A stretch of DNA of 64,000 bases from the NCBI GenBank assembly GCA_964385625.1, contig CAYLPS010000010.1, positions 31-64,030 of the forward strand. The letters are read 5' to 3'. The notes beneath the pieces were generated by a model, which was given only the letters and a program-made list of their open reading frames with translations, was not told the origin of the DNA and did not search any database. A program made the position numbers and the translations under genes. Shown here one piece after another: positions 39,011 through 47,193 of this stretch. This DNA is from an uncultured Anaerolineaceae bacterium (lineage in GTDB: Bacteria; Chloroflexota; Anaerolineae; Anaerolineales; UBA4823). Every line of letters starts with the position of its first letter. Position 1 is the first letter of the stretch.

Positions 39011-40356
39011 CAATATCTCCTGATCCCCGTTACCTTCTCCCAGTATTTGCGCGCTTCTGCCACCACGAATATGCTGCCGGTGACCAAAATCAAGCCATCC
39101 TCGCCTGCCAGATCCATTGCCTTTCCCAGCGCTGTAGGGATGTCCTCGATGCAATGCGCTTGCCGCCCATATCCTGCGGCCATCTCCACCAGCCTGGCAG
39201 GCTCGATGGCACGCGGGTGGAAGGACCTGACGGCGATCAGCTCCTTCACCTGCGGCATGAGCTCTTCCAGCATACCCTCGATGTCTTTATCCTCTGAAGC
39301 GCCGAACACCAGCACCACCGGCCTGCCCGGAAAGTATTCATCGAGTGTCAGGCGTAATTTCATCGCCGAATCGCGGTTATGGGCGCAGTCCAGCACAACG
39401 GGAGGGGCAACCTGGATGATTTCAAACCTTCCGGGCCAGAATGCATTGGCGAAACCCTCTTGTATCGCCTCCGGTTGAAATGCCAGCCCGCGCTGACTGA
39501 ATATTTGAAGTATGCCATAGGCCGTTGCAGCGTTCACCAGCTGGTGCTCCCCCAGGAAAGGGATAGAAAGCGTGGCAGGGGTAATACCATCTGTGCCGCG
39601 CGGCCACACCTTGAATGTCTGTCCCTGCAGGGAGTGCGAGACCTCCTGGAAGCAAATTTCCCGGCCCACTTCCACCAGGCGTGTGCCTCGCTCACGTGCG
39701 ATGCGCTCGATCACCAGGCGGGCTTCCTCCACCTGGCTGGAGCTGACCACCGGGATACCTGGCTTTATGATGCCCGCTTTTTCCCCAGCGATCTCGGCGA
39801 GCGTGTTGCCCAGCAGCTGGGTGTGGTCGTAAGAGATCGAGGTGATGGCGCTCACCACGGGCTGCACGATATTGGTGGCATCCAGCCGGCCCCCCAGGCC
39901 CACCTCGATCACCGCCACATCCACCTGTTGCATCGAAAAATACAGGAAGGCCAGGGCAGTGGTGATCTCGAAGGTGGTCAGGTCGGGTACGGCTGCCACG
40001 TAGGGCTTGAGCATCTCGATCATTTCCACCAGCCCGGCATGCGTGATGAACTGGCCATTGATCTGGATGCGCTCCACGTAGTCATCCAGGTGGGGTGAGG
40101 TGTACAGGCCCACTTTATACCCGGCCTCATGCAAGGCGGCAGCGCACAGAGCGCACACGCTGCCCTTGCCCTTGGTGCCAGCCACGTGGATGGTTGGGTA
40201 GCTCAGGTGCGGGTCGCCCATCGCCTCGGCCAAGGTGTGCATGCGCTCAATCTTGAACCTGTCGGGCGAATAGGTGCTGGTTTTCTGCAGGCTGAAATCC
40301 ACGAAGCTGTACAGGTAATCCAGCGCTTCTTTATAGGCCACATCGATGTTTTTCAT
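39010..40356 (-). CDS. folC: bifunctional folylpolyglutamate synthase / dihydrofolate synthase
   Basis: HVAGTKGKGS P-loop and Mur-ligase-like middle and C-terminal domains (DCAHN). Confidence 0.9.
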   Translation of the reverse strand: MKNIDVAYKEALDYLYSFVDFSLQKTSTYSPDRFKIERMHTLAEAMGDPHLSYPTIHVAGTKGKGSVCALCAAALHEAGYKVGLYTSPHLDDYVERIQINGQFITHAGLVEMIEMLKPYVAAVPDLTTFEITTALAFLYFSMQQVDVAVIEVGLGGRLDATNIVQPVVSAITSISYDHTQLLGNTLAEIAGEKAGIIKPGIPVVSSSQVEEARLVIERIARERGTRLVEVGREICFQEVSHSLQGQTFKVWPRGTDGITPATLSIPFLGEHQLVNAATAYGILQIFSQRGLAFQPEAIQEGFANAFWPGRFEIIQVAPPVVLDCAHNRDSAMKLRLTLDEYFPGRPVVLVFGASEDKDIEGMLEELMPQVKELIAVRSFHPRAIEPARLVEMAAGYGRQAHCIEDIPTALGKAMDLAGEDGLILVTGSIFVVAEARKYWEKVTGIRRY

Positions 40357-40464
40357 GGTCTAAGATTGTAACCCCGAGGGGTTGTATCGTGAAGAGGAAT
40401 GGTATTGGCCGATGTGGTGAACCACCTGGAAATTTCTGAAAATCGTTCATGGTAGAATTACCGG

Positions 40465-41124
40465 GTGTCGTTCAGAGCCGTTAAAATCCTGCTAAAATTC
40501 GTCGAGGCTGTCATCGTGCTGGGCCTGGCAGTATTGATCCTGCCGCGCCTGGTCACCGCCCTGTATGCCATTCCACGCACCTACACCGTGGAGGCTGCCC
40601 CTGCCAGGCCGGTGGCCATCGTGTTCGGCGCCGGGCTGTATCGCGATGGCTCTCCTACCCCGGTGCTGAAGGATCGCATCGAGTCGGCTGCACGGCTGTA
40701 CTTCGCAGGCAAGGTGCAAAAAATCCTGATGAGCGGCGACAACCGCTACCTCAGCTACAACGAGCCAGGAGCGATGATGGAGTATGCCGTCAACCTCGGC
40801 GTGCCGCGAGACGATATCGTGCTGGATTATGCCGGACGACGCACCTACGACACCTGCTACCGGGCGCGGAAGATCTTTGGTGTTAACGAAGCCGCGGTGG
40901 TAACCCAGAGCTTCCACCTGCCGCGCGCCCTGTACACCTGCAATGCCCTGGGCATCAAGGCCATCGGCGTGGCAGCTGACATAAGGGAATATCGCTACAG
41001 CTCGCTGGCCTATTGGAACCTGCGCGAGCTGCCCGCCACACTCACCGCCCTGGTGGATGTGCACCTGGCGCGCCCGCTGCCCGTGCTGGGCAAGGTGGAG
41101 CCGATCATATTCGAAATGCACTAA
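40465..41124 (+). CDS. SanA/YdcF (DUF218) family protein
   Basis: N-terminal TM helix and a DUF218 core (VAIVFGAG...SPTPVLKDRIESAARLY..., ILMSGDN, VTQSFHLPRAL). GTG start. Confidence 0.8.
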   Translation: MSFRAVKILLKFVEAVIVLGLAVLILPRLVTALYAIPRTYTVEAAPARPVAIVFGAGLYRDGSPTPVLKDRIESAARLYFAGKVQKILMSGDNRYLSYNEPGAMMEYAVNLGVPRDDIVLDYAGRRTYDTCYRARKIFGVNEAAVVTQSFHLPRALYTCNALGIKAIGVAADIREYRYSSLAYWNLRELPATLTALVDVHLARPLPVLGKVEPIIFEMH

Positions 41125-41167
41125 ACCGATACACCAAACGTACATTCTTAGCTGTTGATGGAGAATT

Positions 41168-41725
41168 ATGAACCGAACTGAAACCTTAAATATCGTCCAC
41201 GAATACGTGAAAAATGAGAACCTGGTGCGCCACATGCTGGCAGTGGAAGCCGCCATGCGCTTTTACGCTGCCAAATACGGTGAAGACGAGGAGCTATGGG
41301 GTATCACCGGCCTGCTGCACGACTTCGATTGGGAGATCCATCCCACACTGGAAGAGCACCCACTGGCAGGTGAGCCCATCCTGCGCCAGCGCGGCGTGCC
41401 TGAAGTGGTGATCCACGCCGTGATGAGCCACGCCGACCACACCGGCATCCCGCGCACCACACGGATGGAGAAAGCCCTGTACGCCTGCGATGAGGTTACC
41501 GGGCTGATCACCGCCGTGGCTTTGGTGAGACCCTCCCACGCGCTATACGACCTGGAAGCCTCGTCGGTGAAGAAGAAGTGGAAAGATAAGGCCTTTGCGG
41601 CGGGTGCCAACCGGGAGGAGATCGCCAAGGCTGCCGAAGAGTTCGGGGTGGAGCTGTGGGAGCATGTGCAGAACGTCATCATGGCTATGCGCACGATAGC
41701 TCCCGAGCTGGGACTGGCGGGATAA
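41168..41725 (+). CDS. HD-domain phosphohydrolase (COG2316-like)
   Basis: VRHMLAVEAAMRFYA...GLLHDFDWE has the HD motif. Confidence 0.8.
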   Translation: MNRTETLNIVHEYVKNENLVRHMLAVEAAMRFYAAKYGEDEELWGITGLLHDFDWEIHPTLEEHPLAGEPILRQRGVPEVVIHAVMSHADHTGIPRTTRMEKALYACDEVTGLITAVALVRPSHALYDLEASSVKKKWKDKAFAAGANREEIAKAAEEFGVELWEHVQNVIMAMRTIAPELGLAG

Positions 41726-42087
41726 AGCCAGCTGGCAGGTTGGAAGGTTGGAAGGTTTAAACGTTCTGAAAAAAGTAAGTATTGATTAGGCATTAAGTCT
41801 TTCATTTTTAAGGAATAAAAATTGCCATCTTGGTTGGTACCACCTTTTTAGTGTGAGAGGTGGTATTCGTTGCGCGCAAAAACGAATAGGAACGAATATT
41901 TTGGGCAGGGTGGTAATCAGGTAACTTGTAAGCAGGCAACAAGGTAAAAGGGCTGATCTGGTATCATCATGATGCGGAGGGTAATCACTATTCGGTGTAA
42001 TTAGTCAACGAACAGGCTGACAACGGATTTTTTGCACGGATTTCACGGATTACACAATAGAAGGATTTCTTAGATAATTCGGCTAAT

Positions 42088-42152
42088 CGTAGGGGCGGGT
42101 CTGAGAATTTCTCAAATTGTAATGAAGTGAGGATTTGAGATCCGCCCCTACG
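42088..42152. repeat. REP-like palindromic element CGTAGGGGCGGGTCT ... AGATCCGCCCCTACG
   Basis: 15-nt inverted arms with one mismatch and a 35-nt spacer. The same GTAGGGG/CCCCTAC theme appears at 17306-17314, 17391-17399 and 18094-18118. Confidence 0.6.
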
Positions 42153-42373
42153 GCTTAGGTAAATGTACCGGCAAACTGGGGGAGGAAATTGGTTATTGAG
42201 CGGGTGGTATCCATATAGATGAATGGGTGGATGACAAAAAACATGGCGCCAACTGAGATCCAAGAGTGGCATGTAATTACATCCTATACCGGTAAAGATC
42301 AACCGGTATACGAGTGCGTTTATTTATAGATAAACTTATGAAGCCATCCATATCGATCAAAAACCAATCGATA

Positions 42374-42416
42374 CGAAGATGATTTTATCAACGAAAGTCA
42401 TATGAAATCATCTTCG
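42374..42416. repeat. 12-bp perfect inverted repeat CGAAGATGATTT / AAATCATCTTCG with 19-nt spacer
   Basis: Read directly. It is flanked by further perfect hairpins: ATACCGGT/ACCGGTAT at 42286-42309 and TATCGAT/ATCGATA at 42351-42373. Confidence 0.7.
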
Positions 42417-42802
42417 ATGTAATTACTCACAGAGAGAAGGGTTTGGATCACGAAAAGCACGAAAAAAACGAAACACGCGGAATGGGATGAAGTTTTTCAG
42501 CGGCGGTTGTAACCATGCCTTCGAAAAGCACCAGGGCAGCCTTTGTCGACCAGAAAAGGCGGAGGGTAATACACGATAACTGTCATCCGGTCATTACCCG
42601 ATGTTCCTAAGAATTACGTATGTCATAATTTAGCCAAACTGTTCAGAATTGTAGGTCCAATATACCTCAGTTATCAAGGACGATTGTTTCAGCGGGCTTT
42701 ATACCCGGTGAAATTTCGTATGTATCGTGACCGCCCACTTCGCAATGACTAAATTATAGAGGGTTTTATTCAATCGTAGACGATCACAAGGAACAGTTTA
42801 AT

Positions 42803-42860
42803 CAATGAGTAATTACTCATCGATTATAGCACAAATGTTCTAATCCACAAGGGGTTTAAG
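42803..42860 (-). promoter_or_regulatory. promoter-like core, copy B (minus strand), with 16-bp perfect palindrome just downstream of -10
   Basis: On the minus strand: -35 TTGTGG (42845-42850) and -10 TATAAT (42823-42828) preceded by TGc. ATGAGTAATTACTCAT lies at 42805-42820. Confidence 0.5.
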
Positions 42861-42917
42861 CTGGAATGCGAATTTTTTAAGGTTTCGAAAGATTGGAAAC
42901 ACCATGGGTTGAAACCC

Positions 42918-43340
42918 ATGGCTATTGAAAATGGGAAACCCGTTGAAGCGGGTTGGGTAGATAGCTGGACAATAACAATGCTGGGTTTCGCAAGTAAGCA
43001 CAACCCAATCTGCTGCGTCGATGCTTTCTCCGCTCGCCTGCACGCCGACCTGTATCAGCGCAAGTTCTCGGCAGTCTGCCACTTCAATGACACCGGTGAG
43101 CTGATTAACTTCGTCAGCGAGGACCGCTACCAAACGGTTGGGAAGGAATACCTGCGCAACCGGTGGCGTATGCCTTTTTGGAATTACCGGGAAGTGGGTA
43201 GCCTGCATATCCCTAGCGAAGGTAAAGCTACCTGGCACCTGCCGGAAGGGAATTACAGCTACATCAAAATCAAGATCGAGGATGAACGGTACGTTTCATT
43301 CGGTGTAGAGCAGGTCGATTGGTTAGATTTAGACGGTTAA
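42918..43340 (+). CDS. hypothetical protein, possibly a 5'-truncated gene remnant (DUF6544-like C-terminal half?)
   Basis: 140-aa ORF that abuts promoter copy B. The C-terminal pattern IPSEGKATWHLPEGNYSYIKIKI recalls DUF6544-type proteins, which I remember as being longer. Both the family call and the truncation are tentative. Confidence 0.35.
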   Translation: MAIENGKPVEAGWVDSWTITMLGFASKHNPICCVDAFSARLHADLYQRKFSAVCHFNDTGELINFVSEDRYQTVGKEYLRNRWRMPFWNYREVGSLHIPSEGKATWHLPEGNYSYIKIKIEDERYVSFGVEQVDWLDLDG

Positions 43341-43523
43341 AGAAAATACGATCCATATTTATTAAATTACCAGGTCAGTAAGAAGAATCTCGAACTATAT
43401 CATCGTTCTCTCAGCTTACGACGATATGCAAATTGCCACGCCATAAGAAGATCACTTGTGGCTCTCAATGACACTACAACGAAGTTGATGCCTCGATTTA
43501 TGCTTGAAGATCCATTTGCTCGG

Positions 43524-43552
43524 TTGACAAAATTACCATCCTCCGCTAAACT
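43524..43552 (+). promoter_or_regulatory. putative sigma70-type promoter of the recombinase-like gene
   Basis: TTGACA (43524-43529), a 17-nt spacer, then TAAACT (43547-43552). Confidence 0.35.
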
Positions 43553-43605
43553 TATTGGTAAATTGGCTATGCGAAATAAATATGCGCATGCCAGGCGAGG
43601 AGAAT

Positions 43606-44529
43606 ATGACCCCCGATTCCAAAATCCCATCTCACATCACCGGTCGCACATCTCTCATCCCGGCCATCAATTCCTGGCGCATCTACCTGGGCGACCAGGG
43701 CAAGAGCCCTCACACGGTGAAAGCCTTCACCGCCGACATGTTCATGCTAGCCGCCTACCTGCCCCCTGACCGACCGCTGGGCGATATCACCACCAACGAG
43801 CTCAATAACTTCCTGGAATGGATGCAGAAACACCGCGGCGTGCCCTGCAGCCCCAAGACCCTGGCGCGCCGTATCACCTCCATCAAGGCCTTCTTCCGCT
43901 GGCTGGCGCAATACGGAGTGATCGTGGTGGACCCGGGTGAAAAGGTGCTGCCCCAATCGGTGACCAGCCCGCTGCCCCAGGTGCTTAGCGAAGAGGAAAC
44001 CCAGGCCGTGCTGGAGGCAGCCGCCAAACACCGCCAGGCACAACCGCCGGATGCGCGCTACTACGCCCTGCTGAAGCTGCTGCTGGATACCGGCATCAAG
44101 AAGAGCGAATGCCTGGCACTGAGCCCCAACCACATCGACCTGGACGCTCCTGATGGACCCTACCTGTTCGTGCGCTACGCCAGCCCCGCCCACCGCTATA
44201 AGGAGCGCAAGATCGCCCTCTCGCCAGAGTGGATCGAGGCCTACCAGGAATACAAGGCCCAGTACCAGCCCGCCGACCGGCTGTTCCCCTGGTCGCAGCG
44301 AAGGCTGGAATACCTGCTGGAAGACCTGGGCGTTGAAGCCGGGCTCACCAAGCACCTGTCGTTCGAGATGTGCCGCTGGACCTGCGCCCTGGACGACCTG
44401 CAGGCGGGCGTGGAAGCCAATAAGGTACGCCAGAAGATGGGCCTGTCACAGGTCCAGTGGCGCGAGGTGAGGCTGAAGCTGGAGAAACTAGGCGGCCTGG
44501 TGACTGAGCAGGCTGAGATGGAGCAGTGA
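43606..44529 (+). CDS. tyrosine recombinase/integrase-fold protein with degenerate catalytic residues (no C-terminal Tyr)
   Basis: SAM-like N-domain (SPHTVKAFTADM...ARRITSIKAFFRWL). Box I reads LLLDTGIKKSE, with K where Arg is expected. Box II reads LSFEMCRWTCA. The final 60 residues contain no Tyr. The ATG at 43606 follows GAGGAGA. Confidence 0.75.
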   Translation: MTPDSKIPSHITGRTSLIPAINSWRIYLGDQGKSPHTVKAFTADMFMLAAYLPPDRPLGDITTNELNNFLEWMQKHRGVPCSPKTLARRITSIKAFFRWLAQYGVIVVDPGEKVLPQSVTSPLPQVLSEEETQAVLEAAAKHRQAQPPDARYYALLKLLLDTGIKKSECLALSPNHIDLDAPDGPYLFVRYASPAHRYKERKIALSPEWIEAYQEYKAQYQPADRLFPWSQRRLEYLLEDLGVEAGLTKHLSFEMCRWTCALDDLQAGVEANKVRQKMGLSQVQWREVRLKLEKLGGLVTEQAEMEQ

Positions 44530-45924
44530 TCGACTCCCAGGCCTGACCCGACCAAACTCGCTTTGGCAGCAACCGGGAACCCACACAATATCATCGCCCG
44601 AGCACACCAATGGCCATTCAGGTCTTACCCGGGCGGGGATTTTCTGGTTGATCATCAGGTCGGTGATCTTAATTGAATGGCCACCCATGCCGAGTGGCTG
44701 CATCCGGTCACCAGATTTGCGGCTGCGCACCAGCAAGGGCAAGGTGAGTTCCGAAGCATCCAACCAGGCCTGGTACGGGTCTGTATTGGCAGCACTTTGC
44801 TGAATGGCTGACCCGGCATCGCTCACGAAATCTGCCACAAGCCGCCAGCCGCCGGTCAGGGAAAGCTCGCCGGGCACTTCCAGAGTAAGGGCTCCTTCGT
44901 GGTGAAGGGCGGGAAAATCATTGGCTGGCAGCCTGGCATGGCCTGCTGCAAGCCAGAAAAGCTCCCCCTCGCAGACCAAACTCAGCCCCACCATCAGGTC
45001 TGCCTGTCCATGGCTGCGCCTTTCCGACAGGAATCGCAAGCCTCGCTCAATGCACGCAAAATCGATATCGCGCAGGCTGGGGTAGTGCCAGGCGATGGCC
45101 CTGCGCAGCAGATAGCGCCGGATGGCGATGGGCTGCTGGAGGAAAGCCGCTTGCCTGAACGCCAGTGCGCCCCACTGCTCCCTCACCAGGACGGCTTGCC
45201 AGGCGCGCTCCACTTGCTGCATGAGATAGGCGTAGTCGGCCTGTAAAAGCTGCCCCTGGCGCAGCAGGTTCTCACGGATGCGCGGGTTATAGCCTTCCAG
45301 ATAAGGCAGCAGCTCGTAGCGCAGGCGGTTGCGGAAATAAGTGGTGTCCTGGTTGCTATGGTCGATGGCGGGTTGGATGGCATGCTGGTCGAGGTAATCT
45401 ATGATATCCGCCCTCCAGGTTAATAGCAAGGGGCGCACCAGCGGGATGTATTGACTCCAGGGATTGGGCAGCATTCGCGCCTGCATGCCCTGCAAGCCGG
45501 CCAAACCCGAGCCGCGCAGCAGGTGCATCAGGATGGTCTCCACCTGGTCGTCTGCGGTGTGAGCCACCACCACGGCGCTAACAGCCCGAGCTTCAGCCTG
45601 CTCGAACAGGTAGCGGTATCTCACCACGCGGGCAGCTTCTTCAACGGACAGGGTATGCTGCTCGGCGTAGGCGCGGACATCCAACCGGGTGGTGATAAAT
45701 TCCACACCGAGGTGGCCGGTGAACTGCTGCACCATCAGCGCTTCGGCATTCGCTTCGGGACGCAACCCATGGTTCACATGGGCAGCGATAATGGGATATC
45801 CCAGCTCGTGCAGGATATGCAGCAGGTAAAGACTATCCGGCCCACCGGATACCCCCAAGAGCAGCAGATTTTCTTGATGTAAATCGCAATCTCGTTGTAA
45901 AATAGTTGCAAAACTGTCAGGCAT
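44488..45924 (-). CDS. tilS: tRNA(Ile)-lysidine synthetase
   Basis: PP-loop LLGVSGGPDSL and C-terminal TilS domain (RSRKSGDRMQPLGMGGHSIKITDL). The ATG at 45924 is preferred. The 3' end overlaps the convergent recombinase-like gene by 42 nt. Confidence 0.9.
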   Translation of the reverse strand: MPDSFATILQRDCDLHQENLLLLGVSGGPDSLYLLHILHELGYPIIAAHVNHGLRPEANAEALMVQQFTGHLGVEFITTRLDVRAYAEQHTLSVEEAARVVRYRYLFEQAEARAVSAVVVAHTADDQVETILMHLLRGSGLAGLQGMQARMLPNPWSQYIPLVRPLLLTWRADIIDYLDQHAIQPAIDHSNQDTTYFRNRLRYELLPYLEGYNPRIRENLLRQGQLLQADYAYLMQQVERAWQAVLVREQWGALAFRQAAFLQQPIAIRRYLLRRAIAWHYPSLRDIDFACIERGLRFLSERRSHGQADLMVGLSLVCEGELFWLAAGHARLPANDFPALHHEGALTLEVPGELSLTGGWRLVADFVSDAGSAIQQSAANTDPYQAWLDASELTLPLLVRSRKSGDRMQPLGMGGHSIKITDLMINQKIPARVRPEWPLVCSGDDIVWVPGCCQSEFGRVRPGSRSLLHLSLLSHQAA

Positions 45925-46026
45925 CGTAAAATAAATTATAGCGTATAATGATTTGCGGTTTACCCATCCGTTTGAATACATTACCACATTACGTGACGGA
46001 AATTAGCATTATAAGGAGTTGGCTGG

Positions 46027-47193
46027 ATGGCTGAAAAAATCCTCGTGGTTGATGATGATCTGGATACATTGCGATTGGTGGGATTAATGCTACAACACCA
46101 GGGCTACCTGATACAGGCTGCCAGCAATGGCATCCAGGCCATCAACATGGCCCAAACTGACAAACCTGACCTTATCTTGCTGGACATCATGATGCCCGAG
46201 ATGGATGGCTACGAAGTGTCACGCAAATTACGTGCACACCCGGTGACCAACAACATCCCCATCATCATGTTCACCGCCAAAACCCAGGTGGATGATAAGG
46301 TGGCGGGATTTGAGGCCGGGGCGGATGATTACCTGACCAAGCCCACCCAACCGCGTGAGCTCTTTGCGCACGTGAAAGCGGTGATCGCCCGCGGTAAAAA
46401 GCCCATTAACCACGTACCGCCGCCCCCCACTTCTCGGACGCGTGGATATGTGACCGGTGTGATCAGTGTGAAAGGCGGGTTGGGCGTCTCCACATTATGC
46501 CTTAACCTGGGGATCAGCCTGCAGGCGCGTGGTAAGAAGAACGTGATCATCGCCGAGTTCCGACCCGGGTTTGGCACCATGGGGCTCGACCTGGGCTTTT
46601 TGAACCCACAGGGCATGCTGCGCCTGCTGCAAGCTCCTATTGAACAGGTCAGCCAGGAGTCAATCGATACCGAGCTGTACCTGCACAAGTCAGGCGTCAG
46701 GCTACTGCTGGCATCTTATGATCCGGCAGACGCCAAGTACATCACCGCGGTCGATCATTTTGACGCCATGTCAAGATACCTGGCTTACATGGCCTCCTTC
46801 GTGGTCCTCGACCTGGGTGCGGGGATTACCCCCATTACCGACCGCGTCCTGGCGCAATGCGATGAAGTCATCGTGGTGCTGGAACCGATACCCAACACGA
46901 TCATACGCACCTTAAGCCTGATTGATGAGCTGGCAAGAAGGGGTTTTGGCGAGGGGCGGGTGAGCACCGTTCTCTACAACCGCCAGCGTACCGAGATGCA
47001 ATACACGCTGGCACAGGTGCAGATGGAATACCAGCACCCCATCAGCATCGTTTTCACCGCCGCACCTGAACTCGTATACCAGTGCTCCAAGGCCAACGTG
47101 CCCCTGGTGATGCAGCACCCGGATAACCTTACCTCCCAACAGTTCACCAAGCTGGCCGATAACATCGTCAAGCGCGTGCAGGTCAAAGAATGA
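46027..47193 (+). CDS. response-regulator receiver fused to ParA/MinD-like (CpaE/TadZ-like) domain with degenerate Walker A
   Basis: Canonical REC domain (VVDDD, DLILLDIMMPEMDG, FTAKT, DYLTKP). The ATPase-fold region reads ISVKGGLGVSTLCLNLG, with Val at the GK[ST] lysine position. Confidence 0.8.
   Translation: MAEKILVVDDDLDTLRLVGLMLQHQGYLIQAASNGIQAINMAQTDKPDLILLDIMMPEMDGYEVSRKLRAHPVTNNIPIIMFTAKTQVDDKVAGFEAGADDYLTKPTQPRELFAHVKAVIARGKKPINHVPPPPTSRTRGYVTGVISVKGGLGVSTLCLNLGISLQARGKKNVIIAEFRPGFGTMGLDLGFLNPQGMLRLLQAPIEQVSQESIDTELYLHKSGVRLLLASYDPADAKYITAVDHFDAMSRYLAYMASFVVLDLGAGITPITDRVLAQCDEVIVVLEPIPNTIIRTLSLIDELARRGFGEGRVSTVLYNRQRTEMQYTLAQVQMEYQHPISIVFTAAPELVYQCSKANVPLVMQHPDNLTSQQFTKLADNIVKRVQVKE

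Larger units (their letters stand above)
41862..42802 (-). ncRNA. candidate non-coding transcript / ORF-poor, hairpin-dense module downstream of promoter copy B
   Basis: AT-richer than the flanks by eye. The only ORF is a poor 104-aa one. There are many perfect short hairpins. Shared blocks are collinear with locus A. Confidence 0.3.

Noticed and set aside
38774-41256. Long antisense ORFs: 38774-39478, 38800-39297, 39379-40098 and 40492-41256. The same applies to 35364-36068 and 35930-36433.
   Set aside because: Each lies opposite a well-supported gene (lon, folC, the SanA-like gene, the AlbA_2 ATPase). Their composition is low-complexity and Arg/Gly/His/Pro-rich. They are shadow ORFs.
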